A stretch of DNA of 64,000 bases from Candidatus Hydrogenedentota bacterium (GTDB lineage Bacteria; Hydrogenedentota; Hydrogenedentia; Hydrogenedentales; JAEUWI01): contig JAXMOL010000008.1 of assembly GCA_034669905.1 (NCBI GenBank), positions 64,001 to 128,000 of the forward strand. The letters are read 5' to 3'. The notes under the pieces are model-generated. The model was not told where the DNA came from, made no database searches, and was given only the letters and a program-made list of their open reading frames with translations. Below, piece by piece: positions 56,671 through 64,000 of this stretch. The position numbers were made by a program, and so were the translations under genes. Position 1 is the stretch's first letter. Each line of letters opens with the position of its first letter.

Positions 56671-59600
56671 TCAGGCTCCCAGGGTGTGGGTGAACAGTTG
56701 TTTTTTTCCGACGGAATCCTTCGCCAGTTCGACGAGGTGCCGGTGGTGGGTGAAGTAAATGACCTGGGTGCGCTCGGAAAGCTCCCCCAGGACCTTGAGC
56801 GTCGCCGCTGCCCGGGCATCATCGAAGTTCACCAGGATATCATCGAGCACGAAGGGAATGGGGGCATGATGCTCCATGTGCCGCTCCAGACTGGCAAGAC
56901 GGAGGGCCAGGTAAAGTTGGTCGGCCGTCCCTTCACTCATGCCCGCCACCTGCACGAGCGCATCATTGGACGCACGGACGCCGCACAGGACCTGCTGTCC
57001 CCGGTCGTCCACGTCGGCGCGGAGTTCCGCGAAGGAACCCAGCGTCAAGGTGGAGAAGATGGCACTCGCCCGGGCGAGGAGGGGCTCCTGATTGGCGGCA
57101 CGGTACCGTTCGATGGCTTCATTGAGCACGAATCCGGCCACCTTTAATTGGGCGTAGCGGCGGGCATCATCGGCCAAAGAAGCCAGAAGGTTCTCCGCTT
57201 CCGCCGCATGTTCAGCCGCCTCGCTGCGCCCATCGAGTTGCTTCAGTTTTTCTTCCTGAACGGCAATACTTCCATACAACGCCTCCCTCCGCTCCTCCCA
57301 TTCGGCCAACTCGGGCTCGATGGCCGCTATCCGTGCCGCGAGGGTGTCGTGCTCTGCCTGCCCCACGGCTGCCAGAAACTCTTCCAGGGCCTGTCCTGGA
57401 GAAATATCGAGAATACGGGACTCTATCGCGCGCTGATCTTCCAGCAACTGACGCCGATGGGCGGAGCGCCCTTCTGCCCCTTCGAGGGCGGAGGGATCGG
57501 CCACCTGGGCAAGGACACACAGGGCGCCCAACTCCCCTTCGGCCCGCTCTACAGCGGCTTCCGCCATCGCCAGCGATTCGGCCTGCTCCGATTGCTGTTT
57601 CAAGAGACCCGCCTGCGTCACCGCCCGATCCCGATGGGTTTTCAGGGCCTGAAAGAGGGCGGGCACCAGATTTTCGAGAAGGGCATCCACACCAGCCGAC
57701 GTTGCCGCGCCGGACAGGTGCTCCACTTCTTCGAGATAGGCCGCATAGTCTTCATCAATCCGGGCAATACGCCCTTCCAACTCGGCCACGCGGTCCAGGG
57801 CACTGAAAAGTCCATCCAACAGCTCAAGCTTGGCCGTCGCTTCTGTAGGCGATTGGTCGGGCCGGGCCCCCATGCGGCCCATCAGTTCGGCCCATTGGGT
57901 GTTCCACTCGGTCTGCTCGGCTTCCAGACGGATCTGCTCCTCTGCCAATTCGGCAAGGGCACGCTCGGCTTCCGCCAGTTGGGCCGTGGCCTGGGCCTGT
58001 TCCTGCTGTTTTGTTCGGGCCTCGGTAAGCGCTTCATCCGCCAGGGACACCAGTTCCAATAACCCGGCGTCCTTCGGAATCGTGCCACCCCGTACCGATT
58101 CCAGGGCCCTTCGCAAGTCGGCGGCCATCTGCCCCGCCGCTTCTTCATAGGAAGCCTGTGCCCCCGTCGCCTCGTCCAATTCCTCGATCTTCTCCACCAG
58201 CGCCACATAGTCCGCCCGCCATTCCGCCATTTCCTGGGGACTACGGGCTTCCAGACCCAGATCTCGCCATAGCGTTTGCCACGCGTCCTGCTGATGCTGG
58301 CGGGCGGATTCGGCCTTGGACTTCCGCTTCAGGAAAGCCGTCATGCGATCCGCAACCCCATCCCGACGACTCTCCAGTTGGGCAAGATGGGCAGCCCGCT
58401 CGGATTCCCGTCGCAGGCGATCAGCCAGTTCATCGGCATGTTGCGTGAGGGATTCAACCACGTCGGCCAGATTCGTTTCGGTCACCCGATGTTCCGCGAG
58501 ACGGCTTCGGAAGGGGTCCAGGGCTGCCGCCGTCATCTTCTCCGGTGGCGTCCCGGCCTCCCAGGCGCTCCGGGCAAGCTGCCAACCCGTGTCGCGCAAT
58601 TCCCGTTGGGTCTGCAGGGCAGCTTCAGTGGGCACCTCCTGGGCACGTTGCAGCGCGTCGAGTTGGGTGGCAATCTCGGCCCGCTCCTGCTCCAGCATGC
58701 GTTCCTCTTCTTCCAGACGGCGGGCATCGGCTTCGTCGGACTCCCATTGCACCCGGAATCGCTCCACCGTGCTGGCGGGCGGCACGTCCAGGGCCAGTAG
58801 CGCCGCACGGCTTCCGGACCACCCGGGGAGACGCCCCAGGTCCCGTTCGATGGCCCCTTCCAGACGGGCGATGGTCTCAGCACGGGTCGTGTATTCCTCA
58901 GCGCGACTGCACAGGGGACGAGCCGTCTGAATGGCACGTTGCAGGCCGACCGTATCGGGCACATCACCGAGCTCGGCGCAAAGGGCCTGGTAGCGGGTCA
59001 CCTCGGCCGCACGCTTGCGCTGCTGGGTGGCCGTATGGGCCAGGTCCTGCTGGATGCGTTGTTGGTGGCTCGCCAGCTCATTGATCCGTCGCGCGCCACC
59101 GGGCTCCGGACGCAGCGAATCGAGTTCTCCGCGCGCCTTGTCCCATTTCAGAGTGCGGAGGATACGGCCGACTTCTTCCTCCCGCTGTTGATGCTCTGGA
59201 AGCAGTTCCCGCACCTTGTCCTCCAGGGCTTTGCGCATCACCTCGTGGCGGCCATGGAGAGACTCGATACGGCTTTCCTGGGCCAACAGGGATTCGTCCA
59301 CCTCGAGGTCATCCAGTTCCTGTTGCAGGCGGGTCAGGTTTGCCTCGGCGACTTGGTGCTGCTCCCGGGCAGCCGCCAGGGATTGGACCGCACTGATGCG
59401 CCGCTCCCGGAAGTCATCGGGCAGAAGCACGGCATCGGCCACGCCTTCGAGTCCCGCCAGCACTTCCAGACGTTTGGCCACCAGCGGAAGGGCCTTGAGG
59501 ATGCGTTCCGCCCGGCTCCGCTCTGTCGTCAGGTCTTTGATAGCCGCGAGCACGGTTTCCCGTTCCTGTCGCGCCTCGGCGAGGGCATCGGCCTGGGCCG

Positions 59601-60219
59601 CCCACTCCTTGGGGAGTAACTGGGCGTCCTTGATGGCCTTGCGCAATGCTTTGTACTGGCTGAGTTGGGCGTTGATGCGGGGTTTGGAACCACTGGGTTT
59701 GAAAAGCTCACCCGCTTCCTCCTCGAGGCCTTCCAACACTTTCCGTAAACTACCAATACCCGAAGCCGCGGAGAAGAGAGCCTGCCCCACATCACCTTCA
59801 CCCTGCACGAGGGCCTCGCCCCCGGCGACCAACTGGGCATGGCTCAAGCCGAAGAGATGGGTGAAGGCCTCTTCCTCCACGCCCCCGAGAAAGGGGGTCA
59901 GCACATCGTCGGGCAAAGCTTCCTTGTCCTCGGCGTCACGCAAGGTCGCCTTGTTGCCCTTGCGCCGTAAAAAGGAGAGGGTCTCCACCTCATTGCGGAT
60001 GGTCGCGCCAATCCGCAGGGACTTCATCGTGTGGAGGAAGTCGTCCTGGGTCCGGGCGGGTATTCCGTAAAATAGCTGGGTGATGGCCCGCAGGGTGGTG
60101 CTCTTCCCGGCTTCATTCGGGCCAAACACGAGGTGCAGGCCCTGTTTTCCCTTGGACAGATCGAGGGTATAATCCTGAAAGGCGCCAAAGGCCTTGAGTT
60201 GCAGTCGGTCCAGTCTCAT
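56671..60219 (-). CDS. yhaN: YhaN-like SMC/Rad50-type coiled-coil ATPase
   Basis: GPNEAGKST Walker A; long coiled coil; MSEGTADQLYLALRLA; LDDILVNFDD; YFTHH. Confidence 0.85.
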   Translation of the reverse strand: MRLDRLQLKAFGAFQDYTLDLSKGKQGLHLVFGPNEAGKSTTLRAITQLFYGIPARTQDDFLHTMKSLRIGATIRNEVETLSFLRRKGNKATLRDAEDKEALPDDVLTPFLGGVEEEAFTHLFGLSHAQLVAGGEALVQGEGDVGQALFSAASGIGSLRKVLEGLEEEAGELFKPSGSKPRINAQLSQYKALRKAIKDAQLLPKEWAAQADALAEARQERETVLAAIKDLTTERSRAERILKALPLVAKRLEVLAGLEGVADAVLLPDDFRERRISAVQSLAAAREQHQVAEANLTRLQQELDDLEVDESLLAQESRIESLHGRHEVMRKALEDKVRELLPEHQQREEEVGRILRTLKWDKARGELDSLRPEPGGARRINELASHQQRIQQDLAHTATQQRKRAAEVTRYQALCAELGDVPDTVGLQRAIQTARPLCSRAEEYTTRAETIARLEGAIERDLGRLPGWSGSRAALLALDVPPASTVERFRVQWESDEADARRLEEEERMLEQERAEIATQLDALQRAQEVPTEAALQTQRELRDTGWQLARSAWEAGTPPEKMTAAALDPFRSRLAEHRVTETNLADVVESLTQHADELADRLRRESERAAHLAQLESRRDGVADRMTAFLKRKSKAESARQHQQDAWQTLWRDLGLEARSPQEMAEWRADYVALVEKIEELDEATGAQASYEEAAGQMAADLRRALESVRGGTIPKDAGLLELVSLADEALTEARTKQQEQAQATAQLAEAERALAELAEEQIRLEAEQTEWNTQWAELMGRMGARPDQSPTEATAKLELLDGLFSALDRVAELEGRIARIDEDYAAYLEEVEHLSGAATSAGVDALLENLVPALFQALKTHRDRAVTQAGLLKQQSEQAESLAMAEAAVERAEGELGALCVLAQVADPSALEGAEGRSAHRRQLLEDQRAIESRILDISPGQALEEFLAAVGQAEHDTLAARIAAIEPELAEWEERREALYGSIAVQEEKLKQLDGRSEAAEHAAEAENLLASLADDARRYAQLKVAGFVLNEAIERYRAANQEPLLARASAIFSTLTLGSFAELRADVDDRGQQVLCGVRASNDALVQVAGMSEGTADQLYLALRLASLERHMEHHAPIPFVLDDILVNFDDARAAATLKVLGELSERTQVIYFTHHRHLVELAKDSVGKKQLFTHTLGA

Positions 60220-61484
60220 GGGCCCGACTCCTCGTCCTGCCACAGGGAACGGATGATGGGGGTGGAATCATCCAGAAGGGACTTCAGCACTTCCGGGTCT
60301 GCCAGGGAGAGGTCAAAATCGGGGCCACTGATCTCGGCCGGCAATTTCATTCGCAAGGGGTCGAGGAGGGCGGCCAGGCGGGCCTCCGCTTCGGCGTCCT
60401 GGGACAAGTCGCCCACCACCGTATCCAACATCGCCAAGGGGCCCGAATCATCGCTGCGAGCAGTACGGTCCTGCTCTGGACGGGTGCGTACCTTCACCTT
60501 TTCGATATAGACCTGGTCGCCACCATGAATGTTGGCCATGTTTCGAATTTCATTGTGGAGTTGCACCGTGTCGGCCAGCAGGCGTTCATGGGCCGCCGTG
60601 GCCCCCGTATACACCACGCGTACCGCCAACGTCCGATCCTCCGCCCCTTCCATCGCCGTGGCGAGCCCAGTGGCGAACCGCTCCACACAGGTGGCCAGGT
60701 CGGGACACTCATCCACAGAGACCGTCAGCTCCAGCCAGCGCACCACGTCCAGGGCTTCAAAGCGCACCTGGTGGTCCTCCCGGTCATCCACCTCCACCAC
60801 CAGACAGCCCTTGGGGCCCGTCTCGCGAATGTGCCGCCCCTGAATATTCCCTGAATACCAGATGGCGGGGGCGTGATCGCGGAGGCATTCCTGTTGGTGA
60901 ATATGACCCAGAGCCCAATAGTCGTAATCGAGATGGACCAGGCCCGGAATGGTGCAGGGGGCGTAGGTATCGTGTCCTTCATAGCCCGTGAGACTCGTAT
61001 GCAACAGACCGATGTTATAGGCTTCGGGAAGCGCCGCAGGATAGGAAGCCGTGAGGTCTTTCGTCACGGCCTTCGTCGCGAAGCCCTGGCCGTGTATCGC
61101 CACACCGAGCGATTCGAGGTGCACCGTATCGGCCTTCTTCGTGGGAAAGACATGGACATTGTCGGGAAGTTGGAGGCGCTTGGTCATAACACTCTGGGCA
61201 TCGTGATTCCCCGCAATGAGAAAAACGGGGATATTCGCCGCCTTCAGGCGCGCCATCTGTTTGGTAAAGTAAAGGCCCGTATTGTGATCTTTCCAGTCTC
61301 CGTCGTAGACATCCCCGGCGATCAGCAGGAAATCCACTTCCTCATCAAGGGCCACGTGGACCAGGTTTTGCAGGGCACGGCGGGTTGCTTCCCGGATTTC
61401 GTCGACCGGCGCCCCCTCATAGGTAGGAAGGCCCCGGAGCGGACTGTCCAGGTGAATATCGGCAGCATGGATGAATTTAAACAT
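60216..61484 (-). CDS. yhaO: YhaO/SbcD-Mre11-like DNA repair exonuclease
   Basis: HAADIHLD, AGDVYD, GNHD, LLHT, ALGHIH phosphoesterase motifs; ATGA overlap with the ATPase. Confidence 0.88.
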   Translation of the reverse strand: MFKFIHAADIHLDSPLRGLPTYEGAPVDEIREATRRALQNLVHVALDEEVDFLLIAGDVYDGDWKDHNTGLYFTKQMARLKAANIPVFLIAGNHDAQSVMTKRLQLPDNVHVFPTKKADTVHLESLGVAIHGQGFATKAVTKDLTASYPAALPEAYNIGLLHTSLTGYEGHDTYAPCTIPGLVHLDYDYWALGHIHQQECLRDHAPAIWYSGNIQGRHIRETGPKGCLVVEVDDREDHQVRFEALDVVRWLELTVSVDECPDLATCVERFATGLATAMEGAEDRTLAVRVVYTGATAAHERLLADTVQLHNEIRNMANIHGGDQVYIEKVKVRTRPEQDRTARSDDSGPLAMLDTVVGDLSQDAEAEARLAALLDPLRMKLPAEISGPDFDLSLADPEVLKSLLDDSTPIIRSLWQDEESGP

Positions 61485-61736
61485 GGATATCTTTCAATAA
61501 CGGTGGCTGAATGGCCAGGCGTGGGTCGTGCCAACCTTGACAAATCACGGGTGGCATGTGCAAATTGGTCGTTGGGCTGCGATGCCGCCGAATGGCGGCG
61601 ACCCAGTGGACTTTGTAGACGCAGTGGACATAGTGGACCTGTTGCCGTATCCACATCGCCCACCCCGTCCACTACGTCCGCAGCTCGAACGACCGACCCG
61701 CAGCGCCACACAGGAAACCACCTAAGGACCTCCCCC

Positions 61737-63989
61737 ATGACTCGTGCACTATTAATCACCCTGGCCCTTTCTCTGACGATGTGGGCTGCAAACGCCGACG
61801 ACACCTGGAAGAGCCCGTTCACCAATTGGACCAAGCTGGAGTCCCCCCTGGTAGAGGTAACGCCCTTTGTTTTTAAGGAAAAACTCTATCTGATGGAGAG
61901 CTGGCAGAAGCAGTGGGAATACTCCTTTGCCAAACATCAGGAACTCTTCCAGGAAGACGAAGTCCGCATTCGCGACGTGGCCGCCGACCGCATTGTGTCC
62001 GTCCCTCTGGTGGGCCATGGCCTGGCCATGACCTTCGTCTGGGAGGGCCGCGTCTATGTATTCGGGAGCGATTGGGGCAATGAGAAGAAGTGGCAGGTCC
62101 GTGAAGTAAGCCTGACTTCGTCAGATGACCTCGAAAACTGGACCGAGCCCAACGTGGTCTTGCGCTCCAACGACGACGAAAAATTCTTCAACGTTTCGGT
62201 CTGCCGGGGAGACGGCAAGTTTGTCATGCTGGTAGAGACCAATGACCCCCGCTGGCCCGCGTTCACCTTTAAGTACTTCGTGTCGGATGATCTGGAGAAC
62301 TGGGAGCAGGTGCCCGACGCGTACTACGGCGTGGATAAGTACGTGGGCGGCCCCGCCCTCTATTACGAAGGCGGCTACTACTACACCCTTTACCTCCAGA
62401 GCCTGGGCAAGCGCCGGTACGAAACCCGGGTCACCCGCTCGAAAGATCTGGTCACGTGGGAAGATGCCCCCGTGGACCGGCCCTTTGTGACCTACCAGCC
62501 CGAGAGCAAGGTTCATCCCCTTCGGCCCCACTACATCCGGGAGCGCAACGCGTCGGACGCCGAAATCTGTTACTTCCGGGGCAAGACCCTCGTGTACTAC
62601 ACCGGCGGTGATCAGCAGTTCGCCGGAGATTTGCAGCGGGCAGAGTTTGCCGGAACGCCCCAGGAACTATTGGAGCATTTCTTTACACCCGAGGGCGCCA
62701 TCGTCCCCTCCGCCCGCCAGTTGCGCTATCAGGAGAATCAACTGGGTGCCTTTGTCCACTACGGCCCGGCAGTCAACACGGAAAACAGCGACATGTTCGC
62801 CACGCCTCCGGCGGACGCCTTTAACCCCACCGCCCTCGACACGGACCAGTGGGCCCAGACCGCGAAGGCCTTTGGCGCGAAACATATTGTGCTGACGGCC
62901 AAACACCACAATGGCTACTGCCTCTGGCCCACGGAAACAACGGACTACTCCATCAAACAGTCTCCCTGGAAAGACGGTAGGGGCGATGTCGTTCGGGAAT
63001 TCGTGGACTCGGCACGTAAATTCGGAATTTCGCCGGGACTCTATGTGTCGGCGGCCGACAAGAAGTTCGGCGTAACCAGCACACCGGATCCCATGGGCGA
63101 GCGGAAACTGGTGGGCGATCTGGAGGCCTACTTCCCCATCTTCCTCGAACAGCTTCGGGAAGTGCTCACCAACTACGGTCCCCTGGAGGTGATCTGGCTG
63201 GATGCGGCCTTTGATCCCACCGGCCCCGACGTGATGGATGCAAGTGGCACCCCGATTGGCACCCGCTATGGCGATGCCGTCGTGGATATGGTCCGCACGC
63301 TTCAGCCTGATGCCGTGATTATGGGTGGCTCCCGCGCCGACATCCGTTGGGCGGGCAGCGAGCAGGGCCTCGCCCCCTACCCCCTCTGGAATGTGGTCCC
63401 CCCGGGTGAAGGACTCGCTCACTGGATTCCCGATTACTCGGAAGGCTGGTTCTTGCCGGAGGCCAACATCCACACGCGGTCGACCTGGTTCTGGCAACCC
63501 GATTCCGACGGCACCCTCAAGACCGACGAACAAATGCGGACCATGTATGGCAAATCTATCGGCCATGGGGCCAACCTGCTGGTCAATATGACCCCCGACC
63601 GCACGGGCCGCATCCCGGCCGCCGAAGAGAAGATGTTGCTTACCTTCGGCGATGCCGTGGCGGCACACTATAGTAAGCCCTTGCTGGAAGTCACCCAGCC
63701 CAACGCCTTGGGCGAAGGCGAGGAAATCCTGCTGGATCTCGGCGCCCCTACCACCGTTGCGGAAATCCTCCTGGAAGAAGACCTCCACTATGGTCAACGG
63801 GTCGCCGCCTATCGGGTGGACGCCCAGGTGGACGGCGTATGGAAGACGGTCGCCACGGGTGAGTCCATCGGACGAAAGCGGATTCAATCCTTTGAGCCCG
63901 TTACGGCCACAGCGCTCAAGGTCGTCATCTCAGGCACCCAACCCGAAGCCCACCTCCGCCGTATAGCGCTGTTCCGCACGGCCTTCTAG
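61737..63989 (+). CDS. Secreted fusion of beta-propeller domain, GH29 alpha-L-fucosidase-like domain and C-terminal CBM32-like domain
   Basis: Start ATG 61737 with signal peptide; three SxDLxxW repeats; GAFVHYG, LTAKHHNGYCLWPT, IWLDA, WFW, NLLVN; SIGRKRI. Confidence 0.82.
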   Translation: MTRALLITLALSLTMWAANADDTWKSPFTNWTKLESPLVEVTPFVFKEKLYLMESWQKQWEYSFAKHQELFQEDEVRIRDVAADRIVSVPLVGHGLAMTFVWEGRVYVFGSDWGNEKKWQVREVSLTSSDDLENWTEPNVVLRSNDDEKFFNVSVCRGDGKFVMLVETNDPRWPAFTFKYFVSDDLENWEQVPDAYYGVDKYVGGPALYYEGGYYYTLYLQSLGKRRYETRVTRSKDLVTWEDAPVDRPFVTYQPESKVHPLRPHYIRERNASDAEICYFRGKTLVYYTGGDQQFAGDLQRAEFAGTPQELLEHFFTPEGAIVPSARQLRYQENQLGAFVHYGPAVNTENSDMFATPPADAFNPTALDTDQWAQTAKAFGAKHIVLTAKHHNGYCLWPTETTDYSIKQSPWKDGRGDVVREFVDSARKFGISPGLYVSAADKKFGVTSTPDPMGERKLVGDLEAYFPIFLEQLREVLTNYGPLEVIWLDAAFDPTGPDVMDASGTPIGTRYGDAVVDMVRTLQPDAVIMGGSRADIRWAGSEQGLAPYPLWNVVPPGEGLAHWIPDYSEGWFLPEANIHTRSTWFWQPDSDGTLKTDEQMRTMYGKSIGHGANLLVNMTPDRTGRIPAAEEKMLLTFGDAVAAHYSKPLLEVTQPNALGEGEEILLDLGAPTTVAEILLEEDLHYGQRVAAYRVDAQVDGVWKTVATGESIGRKRIQSFEPVTATALKVVISGTQPEAHLRRIALFRTAF

Positions 63990-64000
63990 CTCCCCCGTCA

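Noticed and set aside
60873..61736. 288-aa N-terminal extension of the fucosidase ORF
   Set aside because: It overlaps yhaO antisense; a signal peptide and SD-like AAGGA support a start at 61737

Overview
GC-rich bacterial window. It is probably from Candidatus Hydrogenedentota or a PVC-like lineage, inferred from the DUF1559 prepilin, PSD1/DUF1501 pair, DUF1080, PEP-CTERM protein and several sulfatases. Contents in order: (1) a CHASE4-HAMP-PAS histidine kinase and NtrC-type regulator, followed by a sigma54 promoter and two tandem paralogous four-gene cassettes (PilV-like, PilW-like, large PilX/ComZ-like, membrane-anchored TPR protein); (2) an orphan Lys-rich coiled-coil protein with an ApoL/translocator-like hydrophobic hairpin, divergent from a sigma54-driven PEP-CTERM gene; (3) two diverged secreted paralogs, each preceded by a near-identical 122-bp hairpin repeat; (4) a pentaheme cytochrome c with a beta-propeller partner, a PfpI protein, two Tat TIM-barrel proteins, and a LacI gene divergent from DUF1559; (5) PSD1/DUF1501; (6) an assimilatory nitrate cluster (fused nirB-nirD, narK, nasA fused to a diaphorase, rubredoxin-domain protein) with divergent sigma54 promoters; (7) four sulfatases, a CE15 esterase, DUF1080 and a BNR protein; (8) yhaO-yhaN-trmO and a propeller-GH29 fusion. 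Intergenic DNA holds many REP-like hairpins. One REP-like doublet sits exactly in frame inside a sulfatase signal peptide. I saw no rRNA, tRNA, CRISPR array, integrase or transposase. All family assignments come from motif recognition by eye, not from database searches.
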